Assembly: GCA_963770835.1 (NCBI GenBank)
Contig: CAVYRH010000002.1
Coordinates: 1 to 64,000 of the forward strand
Length of the DNA: 64,000 nucleotides
Reading direction: 5' to 3'
Source of the DNA: an uncultured Pseudomonadota bacterium
Lineage (GTDB): Bacteria > Oederibacteriota > Muellerivitia > Muellerivitales > Muellerivitaceae
Below, one piece after another: positions 9,028-19,173 of the stretch. A model generated the notes under the pieces. The model saw only the letters and a list, made by a program, of their open reading frames with translations. It had not been told where the DNA came from and did not search any database. The translations under genes were made by a program, and so were the position numbers. Each line of letters starts with the position of its first letter. Position 1 is the first letter of the stretch.

Positions 9028-10906
9028 TTAGAAACTAACGAACAGGAAAATGACAGCAACCGCCCCAAATATGACCAGGGCGTAATTTTGAACGTATCCG
9101 GTCTGAGTGAGGCTTAAAAGCCCCCCCATCTTCCGGGAGAGCCAGCCCGTCCCGTCGACCATTCCGTCATCGACGACTTCATCGTCGAACCATGTGAGCA
9201 CGAAGGCGAGGCCGAACAGAACCTTCTGGACCAACCAGCCGTACATCTCATCAAAGTAATACTTATTTTTGAGGAGCAAATAAACCAGTCGGAAAGTCTG
9301 TGCCATCTTCTCGGCAGAAAAAACCTTCCAATAGTAGAAGGCGGCGGACAAAAGGATACCGGCCACCGCCACGGCCAGCGAAGCGAAGGCCATAGTCCAG
9401 TTGAAAACCTCCTCGTGGTACTCGCCGTAATAAAGAAATTTGGAGTAGGCGTCAACCCCAGGCCAATTGAGCCAACCCACGCAAATGGAAAGCAGGGCCA
9501 GGACGACAAGGGGGCCGGTCATGGATATGGGCGACTCATGGGCGTGGTCATAGGCGTGGTGGTCGCGGGGTTCACCCAAGAAAACCACGAAGAAGAGGCG
9601 GAACATGTAAAAGGCCGTGAGGAAGGCCGTAAAAACTCCCATGTAATACAAAACGCAATGGCCCGGCACCGTGCTGTGGTAAACCGCATCCAAAATGGCA
9701 TCCTTCGACCAAAAGCCGGCCAGCGGGTAGATTCCGGCGATGGCCAGAGTGGCGACGGCAAAGGTCAAAGTCGTCACTTTCATTTTTTTCCAGAGCCCGC
9801 CCATTTTCCAAATGTCCTGGTTATGGACACCGTGGATGACACTGCCAGCGCCCAGGAACAAGAGGGCCTTAAAACAAGCGTGGGTAGTCAGGTGGAACAT
9901 GCCGGAGGTATAGCCACCCGCCCCCAGGGAAAGGATCATGTAACCCAATTGGGAAAGGGTGGAGTAGGCGAGGATGCGTTTGATGTCGTCCTGTGCCAGA
10001 GCAATGGTGGCTGCGAAACAGAGCCGTAAAACCGCCGACCCAAGCCACGACAGTCATGGAAAGGGGGTCGGCCGAGAAGAGGGTATAGGTACGGGCAACC
10101 ATGTAAACACCCGCAGCTACCATGGTGGCGGCATGAATCAGGGCGGAAACGGGCGTCGGACCTTCCATGGCGTCGGGCAGCCAAACATGGAGCGGAAACT
10201 GGGCGCTCTTCCCCACCGCGCCGCAGAAAAGGAGGAGGGCTATTCCCGCGATGAAGGTTGTCTGATAAGTGTGATCGGCCAGGCCTTGGGTGACCAGCTT
10301 TTGCACCTCGGCGAAGTCAAAGGTCTGGAAGACCATGCCGATGGTGATGACCCCCATGATGAAGCCCATGTCCCCGATACGGTTCACGATGAATGCCTTT
10401 TTGCAGGCATCTGCCGCTTCCGGCTTGAAAAACCAAAAACCGATCAAAAGGTAGGAACAAAGCCCGACTAGTTCCCAGCCGATGAAAATCTGCAGGTAAT
10501 TATTGGCCACCACCAATAGCAACATGGAAGCGGAAAAAAGGGATAGATAGGAATAATAAACTGAAAACCGCTCGTCATCGTGCATGTAGCCCAGAGAGTA
10601 AATTTGAACGAGAAGAGAAACCAAAGTGACTACCAGCAGCATATTGATGCACAAAGGATCGATCAAAACGCCCACGTGAGCGTTCCAGGGTGGCACTTGA
10701 AGCCAAGTCCAAGTCAGATTCGGAAGGGGTTGCGTTGGGTCCCTCTTGACGAATTCCAGCAAAATGCCGATTGAAAGAATAAAACAAGCCACCATTGTAA
10801 GGATGGAAATCCCCGCGGAAAGGGTCTTCGAGCGGCGGGTGAAAAGAATGATCACGGCGTAAGCCAGCGCCGGCATCACGGGTATCAGCCACGAATATTG
10901 GATCAT
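9028..10906 (-). CDS. nuoL: NADH-quinone oxidoreductase subunit L, split by a +1 frameshift at 10016-10018
   Basis: ORF 9869..10906 (GKSAQFPLHVWLPDAMEGPTPVSALIHAATMV) and ORF 9028..9948 (HACFKALLFL, GFWSKD) join as [30 protein letters not shown] if one T is removed. Confidence 0.93.
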
Positions 10907-11000
10907 ACCTAATTCCTCAAACTGAAATCACAGCTCCGGCATACGGCGTTTCGGCACAATCATCGAAAGCTACAGAGACTTCAACCGGTTGGAAGGCTGG

Positions 11001-11315
11001 TCATCCACGCAAATAATGGGCGTCGTCTACGTTGGCGCTCTTCATCTGCCGATAGACAGAAATGACGATGGCCAGGGCCACAGCCGCTTCCGCCGCGGCA
11101 ATGGTGATGACGAAAACCGCAAAAACGGGGCCGGTCAGGTTGCTTCCGCCCCAGTACTTGGCGAAAGCCAAGTAATTGATGTTCACGGCATTGAGCATCA
11201 ATTCGATCCCCATGAGGACTGAAATGGCGTTTTTGCGGACCAAAACCCCAAAAAGCCCGATGCCGAAAAGAACGGCGGCCAGATAGAGGAAGTGAACGAC
11301 AGGGACTTCGTTCAT
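11001..11315 (-). CDS. nuoK: NADH-quinone oxidoreductase subunit K
   Basis: IELMLNAVN and IAAAEAAVALA motifs. Confidence 0.96.
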   Translation of the reverse strand: MNEVPVVHFLYLAAVLFGIGLFGVLVRKNAISVLMGIELMLNAVNINYLAFAKYWGGSNLTGPVFAVFVITIAAAEAAVALAIVISVYRQMKSANVDDAHYLRG

Positions 11316-11878
11316 GCGGGGTCCTTTCGGGCCACCACCACCGCGCCGATAAGCGCGGAGAGGAGCAGGATAGAAACGAATTCAAAGGCGAAAGCAAAAC
11401 CGTTTTGCGGCTTTAAAAGGCTTGATGCCAGGGAAGCTACCTCGCCCGCATAGGAGGCCTCCGAAGACGGCGCTGGGATTTGTGCCGCTTCACCCGTCGT
11501 GATTGTGGCGGCTGCCAGCGCAGGGTGGTTATTCGCCTGGAAAGTGGAATGGCTAATGACTTGGAATAAAACAAACATTACAGCCACCGCCGCGAGGAAG
11601 GAAAGCAAGACCTGGTTATTCATAACGCGCGCTTTTTCGTCCATAACCCTGCGGGTCAGCATGATGCCGAAAATAATCAAAACTGTCACGGCGCCCACAT
11701 AGATGAGGACCTGCACGGCGGCCAGGAATTCCCAGCCCAGGTAAAGATAAACCCCCGAAACACCGAACATGGTCAGGGCCAGGGCCAAGGCGCAATGAAA
11801 AAGGTTGCGGACCATTACAACCAGGAGGGCCGAGGCCACGATGATACCGGCCAAGATGTAAAACAAGGTTTGGCTCAC
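11312..11878 (-). CDS. nuoJ: NADH-quinone oxidoreductase subunit J
   Basis: QVLIYVGAV and FEFVSILLL motifs; GTG start at 11878 overlaps the nuoI TGA (GTGA). Confidence 0.93.
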   Translation of the reverse strand: MSQTLFYILAGIIVASALLVVMVRNLFHCALALALTMFGVSGVYLYLGWEFLAAVQVLIYVGAVTVLIIFGIMLTRRVMDEKARVMNNQVLLSFLAAVAVMFVLFQVISHSTFQANNHPALAAATITTGEAAQIPAPSSEASYAGEVASLASSLLKPQNGFAFAFEFVSILLLSALIGAVVVARKDPA

Positions 11879-12399
11879 GCTTTGGCTCCTGCGGTTGCGG
11901 GAGTCGCGGCTTCTGACTTTGCGGGCTCTTCGGGTTTCGGGGCGAGATGGGCGGGCCTCGCCCATTTCATGGCCTGCTCGTCCTGCAGCAGGCTTCCTCG
12001 CTTATACACGGAATTCTCATATTCCTCGGACACAAAGGTTAGGGCGTCAAAACCGCAAGCTTCCACGCAATAGCCGCAAAAGATGCAGGTCGAGAAATCC
12101 AATTTGAAGGTCGTCATGCGGCGTTTTCCATCTGCTCCCCGCACCCCTTCTAACTTGATGCAGCTGTTGGGACAGGCCTTGGCGCACATCATGCAGGCGA
12201 CGCAATTGAACTGGTCTTTTTCCCCATCGTAAATCAACTTGATCATGCTGCGGCTTCTCTCCGGAAGGGGCATCCGTTCCTCCGGATATTGCTGGGTATT
12301 CGTTTTTTTAAAAAGGTATCTTGTGGTGACCGAAAGACCCAGGGCGAGGTTCCAAAACCCCATCAGGATGTTTCTGAAATAGCGGAATATCGCGCCCAT
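11875..12399 (-). CDS. nuoI: NADH-quinone oxidoreductase subunit I (2x[4Fe-4S])
   Basis: QYPEE, CVACMMCAKACP and CIFCGYCVEAC motifs. Confidence 0.95.
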   Translation of the reverse strand: MGAIFRYFRNILMGFWNLALGLSVTTRYLFKKTNTQQYPEERMPLPERSRSMIKLIYDGEKDQFNCVACMMCAKACPNSCIKLEGVRGADGKRRMTTFKLDFSTCIFCGYCVEACGFDALTFVSEEYENSVYKRGSLLQDEQAMKWARPAHLAPKPEEPAKSEAATPATAGAKA

Positions 12400-12402
12400 G
12401 CG

Positions 12403-13467
12403 TCAGGCCCCCTTCCCTAAAAGAAGAACAACAAAACCGGTAATGAGAATGTTAAGAATCGTGATAGGGATCAGGACTTTCCAACCGAAATCCATGAGCT
12501 GGTCTACCCGTAAACGCGGAAAGGTCCAGCGGAAGGCCATGATCATATAAATAATGAATAAAACTTTTAGCATAAACCAAATGAATCCCGGAATCGGGAG
12601 GAAGGCCAGGAAAGGAAGAGGTAGCCAGCCTCCCAGGAATAGAGTCGCGGCCACGGCGGAAGACACAACGACCGCCACGTATTCACCCAGGAAAAACATG
12701 GCGAATTTCACCCCCGAATATTCGGTATGAAATCCGCCTGTCAGTTCGGACTCGGCTTCGGGAATATCGAAAGGGGCACGGTTTGCCTCAGCAGTGGCCG
12801 AAGCAATGAAGGTGAAGAAAGCCACGAATTGCGGAATAACGAACCAATAGCCCGCCTGCTGCTGGTATTGCACAATGCCGCTAAAGTTGAGCTTGCCCGT
12901 AATCATGATGATGGGCACCATCGAAAGGACCAAGGGCACCTCATAACTAACAATTTGGGCCGCCGAACGGAACCCTCCCAAGAGAGAGTATTTATTGTTG
13001 GAACTCCAACCCGCCGACAGGATGGCGATCACGGTGAAGCTTGTGATAGCGATAATGTAAAGAACGCCGATATTTAAGTCCGCCACTACCACCTTGTTGT
13101 CAAAGGGAATCACCACCATCCCCATAAAAGTTGCGACGAAGGCCAGGATAGGAGCGATGAAATAAGGGATCTTATCGCGTTTGGCGGGATGAACATCTTC
13201 CTTAGTGGTGAGCTTGATGGCATCAGCAAGGGTCTGAAGGAGACCGAAAGGTCCTACCCGGTTGGGGCCGATGCGGCTTTGCATATGCGCCGAAACTTTC
13301 CTTTCCATCCAAACCAGGAACATCACGAACACGGCCACGAACCCGAACATGGCAACCGCACAAACGACCCGGTCCAGGATCCCAGAAAAAGCGGAAAGGC
13401 CTAGCAAAGCATAGCCTTGTTGTAAGAGGCCCGCCACCCACTGAACAATCTTGTCACCAGTCGGCAT
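12403..13467 (-). CDS. nuoH: NADH-quinone oxidoreductase subunit H
   Basis: ERKVSAHMQSRIGPNRVG, PFDIPEAESEL and PRLRVDQLM motifs. Confidence 0.97.
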   Translation of the reverse strand: MPTGDKIVQWVAGLLQQGYALLGLSAFSGILDRVVCAVAMFGFVAVFVMFLVWMERKVSAHMQSRIGPNRVGPFGLLQTLADAIKLTTKEDVHPAKRDKIPYFIAPILAFVATFMGMVVIPFDNKVVVADLNIGVLYIIAITSFTVIAILSAGWSSNNKYSLLGGFRSAAQIVSYEVPLVLSMVPIIMITGKLNFSGIVQYQQQAGYWFVIPQFVAFFTFIASATAEANRAPFDIPEAESELTGGFHTEYSGVKFAMFFLGEYVAVVVSSAVAATLFLGGWLPLPFLAFLPIPGFIWFMLKVLFIIYMIMAFRWTFPRLRVDQLMDFGWKVLIPITILNILITGFVVLLLGKGA

Positions 13468-13498
13468 TATTTTCCTCTTTTAATTTCGCCTTAAAACC

Positions 13499-14644
13499 TT
13501 ACCGATCAACTTCGGGAACGATCATATCCAGGCTTCCCAAGACCGCCATAATGTCGGCGACCTTCCAGCCACGGGTCAACTGGTCCAAGACAAAAGTATT
13601 ACTGAACGAGGCACAACGATATTTGCATTTCCAGGGTTTGGGAGTCCCATCCCCCACCAGGTAGATACCCATTTCACCCCGGGAAGATTCAATGCGGGAG
13701 TAGATTTCACTTGCCGGAGGCGCTTTCAAAACGGGCGGAATCTTTGTCTCAATGGGTCCTGGCTCTAAGCAATCCAGAGATTGACGGATGATAGAGATAC
13801 TTTCCCGCAATTCCGCCATCCGAACCTTGTAACGTGCCCAGCAGTCCCCGTCGTTTTCCAGGCATTCCTTGAACTTTACTTGGTCGTAGAAAAGGTAGGG
13901 CTGCTGCTTGCGGACATCGCACGAAACACCCGATCCCCGCAGCGAAGGGCCGCAAACTCCGCAGTTGATGCCGACTTCCGGCTGGATGACACCAACGCCT
14001 TTGGTCCGTTCCAGGAAAATGGGATTATAGGTTAAAAGCTCCTCGTATTCGTCGATCTTCGGCTCAAAATAATCGAGAAAGGCCCGACATTTCGGAATGA
14101 ATTCGGGCAAGATATCGATCATCACTCCGCCGATTCGAATATAGTTATAAGTGAGCCTTTGGCCGCAGGTCATCTCGAAAAGGTCGAGAATGCGTTCACG
14201 TTCCCGCAAGCCATAGAGAAATGGAGTCAAGGCGCCAATGTCGCCAGCAAAGGCCCCCATCCACAAGAGATGGCTGGCCAAGCGTTGCAATTCCACAAAA
14301 ATCATCCGGAGCCACTGGGCACGCGGCGGGGCTTCCAACCCCATTAACCTCTCGGTAGCCAGGGCGAAGGCCAGATTTACACTCATGGCCGAAACGTAAT
14401 CCACCCGGTCGGTGTAGGTAATGCACTGGGGATAGGTGCGGTTTTCACATATTTTTTCGATGGACCGATGGAGATAGCCCAATACCGGCATGGTTTCCTT
14501 GACCGTCTCACCATCGAGCTTCACCACGAGCCGTAAAACGCCGTGGGTCGCGGGGTGCTGTGGTCCCATATTGACGACATATTCGTCCGTCCCAAATTGG
14601 GATTCGGCTCCGGGCTTAATTTGGCTTAATAATAAATCCGTCAT
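13499..14644 (-). CDS. nuoD: NADH-quinone oxidoreductase subunit D
   Basis: NMGPQHPATHGVLR, GYLHR and terminal EVDR; no NiFe CxxC motifs. Confidence 0.96.
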   Translation of the reverse strand: MTDLLLSQIKPGAESQFGTDEYVVNMGPQHPATHGVLRLVVKLDGETVKETMPVLGYLHRSIEKICENRTYPQCITYTDRVDYVSAMSVNLAFALATERLMGLEAPPRAQWLRMIFVELQRLASHLLWMGAFAGDIGALTPFLYGLRERERILDLFEMTCGQRLTYNYIRIGGVMIDILPEFIPKCRAFLDYFEPKIDEYEELLTYNPIFLERTKGVGVIQPEVGINCGVCGPSLRGSGVSCDVRKQQPYLFYDQVKFKECLENDGDCWARYKVRMAELRESISIIRQSLDCLEPGPIETKIPPVLKAPPASEIYSRIESSRGEMGIYLVGDGTPKPWKCKYRCASFSNTFVLDQLTRGWKVADIMAVLGSLDMIVPEVDR

Positions 14645-15089
14645 CCGTAAAATCCTTCCTTAAAGGAAACTTGGCGTAGTCTTCAGGCATCATGATGCGG
14701 CGCAAGTCAGAATGGCCCTCAAAGACGACTCCATAAAGGTCGAACACTTCCCTTTCAAACCAATTGGCGCTCTTCCAAACGTTCTCGAGGGTGGGCGCCT
14801 TGGGGTTCGAGCGGTCAAGTTCAAGTTTGAGGGTGAGCTGGTGGCATTTTTGGTAGGACCACAAATGGCAGACGACCGTAATTTTATTCTCTTTTAGATA
14901 ATCCACCGCTGTCAGACAGGAAAGATGTTGGAAATTATAGTCCAGCTTGCTTTTCAGATCCCGGCACAATGAAACATAGGCCTCCGGCTTGACGACTACA
15001 ATGACTTCTTTTTGAGCTGAAACGATAATTGAATGAATTTTTTCTTTAAAATCCGATTCAATTTTCGATTTCAATTCGTCGTTGTTCAT
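14616..15089 (-). CDS. nuoC: NADH-quinone oxidoreductase subunit C
   Basis: WFEREVFDLYG.VF.GH.DLRRI and PLRKDF motifs. Confidence 0.95.
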   Translation of the reverse strand: MNNDELKSKIESDFKEKIHSIIVSAQKEVIVVVKPEAYVSLCRDLKSKLDYNFQHLSCLTAVDYLKENKITVVCHLWSYQKCHQLTLKLELDRSNPKAPTLENVWKSANWFEREVFDLYGVVFEGHSDLRRIMMPEDYAKFPLRKDFTDDGFIIKPN

Positions 15090-15153
15090 CTATTTCCTCG
15101 GCGACAAACGATTTGATCCTGGCCATCGCTTTAAGCAAGGCAAACCTGGTTAA

Positions 15154-15696
15154 TCACGCATTTCTGCGGCGTCGAAAAATCGGTTCGTCTTCGATCTTCT
15201 TTTGAATAGCCATCAATCCGTGAAGAAGCGACTCGGGCCTCGGAGGGCATCCAGGAACATAAACGTCCACCGGAACAAAGGAATCGATTCCCTTCACCAC
15301 TGTGTAGGAATCATAATAATAAGGCCCACCCGCAATGGTGCAGCTACCCATGGCGATCACCCAGCTGGGCTTGGGCATTTGTTCGTAAAGCCGCTTCAAG
15401 GCATAACCCATTTTTTCGGTAATAGTCCCTGCTGCAATGATAAGGTCCGCCTGGCGGGGCGAGGGCCGGAAAACCTCAGCTCCAAAACGAGCAATATCAT
15501 AACGGCCGGCAGCCGTGGCCATCATTTCGATTGCACAACAAGCCGTTCCAAACTGGAGCGGCCAAAGAGAATTCTTGCGGGCCCAGCGGAAAATGAACCC
15601 GACGGCTTTTTCCAGGGTCCATAAGCCAGGTATCTTACTTTCGCTTTCCATCAATTCAATTTCAGGTTTGGGGATACCTTTCAATCCTACTCCCAT
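15154..15696 (-). CDS. nuoB: NADH-quinone oxidoreductase subunit B
   Basis: ACCAIEM, SPRQAD and VPGCPPRPE motifs; ATG 15696 follows an AAGGAGG RBS. Confidence 0.96.
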   Translation of the reverse strand: MGVGLKGIPKPEIELMESESKIPGLWTLEKAVGFIFRWARKNSLWPLQFGTACCAIEMMATAAGRYDIARFGAEVFRPSPRQADLIIAAGTITEKMGYALKRLYEQMPKPSWVIAMGSCTIAGGPYYYDSYTVVKGIDSFVPVDVYVPGCPPRPESLLHGLMAIQKKIEDEPIFRRRRNA

Positions 15697-16067
15697 TTCA
15701 GGGCCTCCTTTTTCCAAGCGTAAGCCAGCCCTACCAACAAGATAGCGATAAAAACGATCATTTCCAAGAAGCCAGACATTCCTAATTGTTTGAAGGAAAC
15801 GGCCCAGGGATAAAGGAACACGGTTTCAATGTCAAAAATGACAAAAAGAAGGGCGTAAAGATAAAAGCTGACGTTGAACCTAAACCAAGAGGTGCCATAG
15901 GTTTCAACCCCGCACTCATAGGTATCCACCATGACTTCTTTTTTGTACTTGTATTTGACCCCCAACAGCCCGTTCGGACTCAAAACCCACCCGGTTATGA
16001 AGGCCATGAGAATGAAAAAAATCCCGGCAAGGAGGAAAACCAAAACATAACCATATTGTTCGAGCAT
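15687..16067 (-). CDS. nuoA: NADH-quinone oxidoreductase subunit A
   Basis: [17 protein letters not shown] and terminal ALKWE motifs. Confidence 0.96.
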   Translation of the reverse strand: MLEQYGYVLVFLLAGIFFILMAFITGWVLSPNGLLGVKYKYKKEVMVDTYECGVETYGTSWFRFNVSFYLYALLFVIFDIETVFLYPWAVSFKQLGMSGFLEMIVFIAILLVGLAYAWKKEALKWE

Positions 16068-16105
16068 GGGCCTCTCTCAACGGGGGGGTTTGAAAAGCAG
16101 ACTAT

Positions 16106-16134
16106 TCTATACACACCCAAAGATTAAATTTCAA
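16106..16134 (-). promoter_or_regulatory. Putative sigma70 promoter of the nuo operon
   Basis: TTGAAA-17nt-TATAGA, about 40 nt upstream of nuoA. Confidence 0.55.
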
Positions 16135-16171
16135 GGAATAATTTCAAAACCGAGGCTGGGAACGGAAAATT

Positions 16172-17146
16172 TCAAAAATCCCGGTCGATTAAGAAATCGG
16201 CAAATTGAAGAAGTTCACTGATTGAATTATTTCCATTGAGCGGCGCAATTGCTCTTTTGGCCTTCTCGACAAAGAAGCGGGCTTTTTGAACAGAGAAATC
16301 GATGGCTTTGTATTTTTCGATGAGTGAATTTAGAAATTCGAAATCAGGCTCTTCTTTCACCTTGCTCAGGACGATTTCAACCAATTTTTCCTTTTCAGCC
16401 TTGGTTGCGGAATCAAGGCAATAAATTACCGGAAGAGTCAGTTTCCCTTCCTGGAAATCACTCATAACGGGTTTCCCGACTTTGGATTCCTTCCCCACGA
16501 AATCCAATGTATCGTCAATGACTTGAAAAGCCATGCCAATGCCCAAGCCAAACCGGTAGAGGTTCTCAATGACTGTTTCATCCCCTTCCGCAAGCATCGC
16601 GCCCGTCTGGCAGCTGGCCGCAAAGAGGCTGGCCGTTTTTTCCTCGATGACCTTGAAATACTGGCTTTCCGTAAGCCCCGCATTGAATCGGTGGAAGGTT
16701 TCCGAAATCTCCCCCCGGCAGATAATATTGGTCGTGTCGGCCAGCGTTCCAAGGACATTTTTGGGCAACTTTTTGGCCATCAGATAAAAGGATGAAGCAA
16801 ACATGTAATCGCCCATCAAAACGGAAACTTCGTTCCCCCATTTAAAATTCAAGGTCTTTTGTTTACGGCGCACTTCCGAATTGTCGATGATATCATCATG
16901 GATGAGAGTGGCGACATGGATCATTTCCAGGGCTGCGCCTAGTCCAATGGTCTCTTCGGTAACCTCGCCACAATACTTGGCTGACAATATGGCTAAGGCG
17001 GGCCGAATCCTTTTGCCGCTGGAATCCGCGAGGTAATCCACCATTTGCTGGATAAAAAGATTTTCGGACCGGAGGGTTTCCGCGATCATCTGCTCGACGC
17101 GGTTTAAGTCTTTTTGAATCGGAGCAGTCAACTCGGCCAATATCAC
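16172..17146 (-). CDS. Polyprenyl diphosphate synthase (IspB/HepT type)
   Basis: GKRIRP, LIHDDIID..EVRR, KTA and FQVIDD motifs; probable GTG start 17146 (ORF track extends to 17194). Confidence 0.92.
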   Translation of the reverse strand: MILAELTAPIQKDLNRVEQMIAETLRSENLFIQQMVDYLADSSGKRIRPALAILSAKYCGEVTEETIGLGAALEMIHVATLIHDDIIDNSEVRRKQKTLNFKWGNEVSVLMGDYMFASSFYLMAKKLPKNVLGTLADTTNIICRGEISETFHRFNAGLTESQYFKVIEEKTASLFAASCQTGAMLAEGDETVIENLYRFGLGIGMAFQVIDDTLDFVGKESKVGKPVMSDFQEGKLTLPVIYCLDSATKAEKEKLVEIVLSKVKEEPDFEFLNSLIEKYKAIDFSVQKARFFVEKAKRAIAPLNGNNSISELLQFADFLIDRDF

Positions 17147-17346
17147 GCTTTTTCTCGATGATTGAAATTTACAACAAGGTATCGAAGGAGGCAAAGACGC
17201 TGCAGTTTGTCTTCCTCATCTAAATCTAAAACAACATCCATCCGAAAATCACGGCTTCTCTTTGTTTCATTGCCCCGGCATGGCGGGGTATTCCCGGAAC
17301 CCTTCGGCTCATTGGCACGTGGAATTTCGGGAACAGGGTTTGAAAC

Positions 17347-18003
17347 TTATTCCCCGAATTGTTCCTTCATTTCCAAGAATTTGATGAACTTCTCAAGACT
17401 GTCCAGGCTGGTAACAACAATAGTCTCCCCCGACAAATGAACGACCTTGGCTTTCATCAATTTATCGACAATCTCTTGGGTTTTCAGCATATCCAACCCG
17501 CACATCTTGCTCAATTCCGCGACCGTAAAGGGGATGTCGAGAGTAATGCCGCCAGGCCCTTCTTCCCCGTGTTTATGAACAACTAACAAAATGGTGTTGG
17601 CAACGAGGCGGTTAGAATCCTTAATCATCAAATTGGCGATTTGTTGGTTGGCATCACGCAAACGGGAGGTTAAATTTTTCAGGATTTTTTTGACGATCTT
17701 AGGGTTTGTCTGCATATGCATTTCAAACACTTCTTCATCCAAAGCGATCAAGCGGGACGGTTCGATAGCGATTGCATTGGCGGAACGAACATCCTTATCA
17801 ATCACCGCCATTTCGCCGAAAAAATCACCCGGACCCAGAATCACAAGGGTCTTTTCAACCCCGTCCCTTAGTTGTTTTGTGATCTTTACCTTGCCGGACT
17901 GGATAATGAACATCTCATTTCCCATGTCGCCTTCGCGGAAAATAATGTCATTTGCGTTATACGTTCTTCCGCATTTTTCAAAGATTTCTTGTTCGGTGCT
18001 CAT
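17347..18003 (-). CDS. Crp/Fnr family cyclic-nucleotide-binding regulator
   Basis: IIFREGD, FFGEMA..RSA cNMP pocket, and a C-terminal HTH-like region. Confidence 0.88.
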   Translation of the reverse strand: MSTEQEIFEKCGRTYNANDIIFREGDMGNEMFIIQSGKVKITKQLRDGVEKTLVILGPGDFFGEMAVIDKDVRSANAIAIEPSRLIALDEEVFEMHMQTNPKIVKKILKNLTSRLRDANQQIANLMIKDSNRLVANTILLVVHKHGEEGPGGITLDIPFTVAELSKMCGLDMLKTQEIVDKLMKAKVVHLSGETIVVTSLDSLEKFIKFLEMKEQFGE

Positions 18004-18125
18004 CTTAGCCCTCGGGGCGAAAGGTCAAAAATCAGTGGGATTCTAACAAAGCGTCAACGAAAGTCAACGACCCATCCTGTGCTTAAAAAGGAGTATAGAG
18101 AAAATCCGGGGGAAGACAATAAGGT

Positions 18126-19109
18126 TCAGAAATAAAAGTCCAGCGCAAAGTGGTGGTTGGATCCCAAGAACCCCGTGTTCGTCCAAGCATAATCCACACC
18201 GATGAAATCTTTAAATGCGGCGATTTTCACGCCGGCGCCCAAATAAAGTCCCGCCACACCTCCGATTCCGTATTGGTTTTGGTCGATGGACCCGGCGAAT
18301 TGGTATCCAAACCTTCCTACGAGGGTGTCCTTGTACCAGTATTCCCCGCCCAGGCAATTGACCACGTAGGGATCATCAGTCGGGATATCCAAGTCATAAT
18401 CCACCACGAAATCATCGTTGAACATTTTATAGGCAACGGCGACTTTGGCAGTGAAGGGAAGGGGGTCCGCCACCTGGTCGAATTTCAGCCCTGGACCCAT
18501 GTTTTGAAGAACGAGGGCCGCCTGCAAGTGGGGGATAGGGGTATGGTACATGACACCGAAGTCGGCGGCGAATGTGGAGGCGCTGGTCCCTGAGAGATTT
18601 TTATTGATATATTTCGCCGTCAAGCCAATGTCAAAATAATAACTCAATCGATAGGCACCGGCCAAATCGATATCCATATAATTTTCGCCAACAAAACCGG
18701 GGCCATATTGGGGATTTCCGGACCCATCCACTCCCGTAACGGCTTGGTCCTGTCCGGTGGAAAGGATCTTGGCTCCAATGCCAATGGCGGCCTGATTCCC
18801 CAATTTGGTGGCGGCGGCGAAATAATCGTAACGGACCGTTTCAATGAAGACGTCATATTGGGCGGTCAGCTCAGTGCCACCCAGTTGATTGAGCCCCGCG
18901 GGATTCCAATAAACGGCGTTGGCATCGTCGGCCACGGCAGTAAAAGCCTGCCCCATGGCAATAGCCCGGGGTCCGACAGGGATTTTAAGCTCAACCGCAC
19001 CGCTTGTACCTTGAGCCTGTGCCCTTTTGGGAGTCATTACCAGGAGAGAGATTGCGGATAAAAAAATTATGAAAACGATGGCCTGAAGATATTTCACACG
19101 TTTATTCAA
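18126..19109 (-). CDS. PorV/PorQ (UPF0164)-like outer-membrane beta-barrel
   Basis: Signal peptide, GPRAIAMGQAFTAVADDANAVYWNPAGL, DYA near the C-terminus, terminal Phe. Confidence 0.85.
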   Translation of the reverse strand: MNKRVKYLQAIVFIIFLSAISLLVMTPKRAQAQGTSGAVELKIPVGPRAIAMGQAFTAVADDANAVYWNPAGLNQLGGTELTAQYDVFIETVRYDYFAAATKLGNQAAIGIGAKILSTGQDQAVTGVDGSGNPQYGPGFVGENYMDIDLAGAYRLSYYFDIGLTAKYINKNLSGTSASTFAADFGVMYHTPIPHLQAALVLQNMGPGLKFDQVADPLPFTAKVAVAYKMFNDDFVVDYDLDIPTDDPYVVNCLGGEYWYKDTLVGRFGYQFAGSIDQNQYGIGGVAGLYLGAGVKIAAFKDFIGVDYAWTNTGFLGSNHHFALDFYF

Positions 19110-19144
19110 ATCGTAAACCCCTTTGAGAACAGCTTCTTTTAAAA

Positions 19145-19173
19145 ATTATATCCTTGCCGGAAATGACCGTCAA
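19145..19173 (-). promoter_or_regulatory. Sigma70 promoter of the PorV-like gene
   Basis: TTGACG-17nt-TATAAT; the -35 overlaps the uvrA stop codon. Confidence 0.75.

Noticed and set aside
9028..9948. Separate 306-aa gene downstream of a short nuoL
   Set aside because: It is the C-terminal half of NuoL; one indel rejoins the conserved sequence.
15090..15156. Selenocysteine read-through of the nuoB TGA
   Set aside because: The stop is at the normal NuoB C-terminus, not at a conserved Cys position, and no SECIS-like hairpin is evident.
13499..15696. Possible group 4 NiFe hydrogenase instead of complex I
   Set aside because: NuoD has RVDY and EVDR in place of the CxxC nickel ligands, and NuoB has the tandem CC of complex I.
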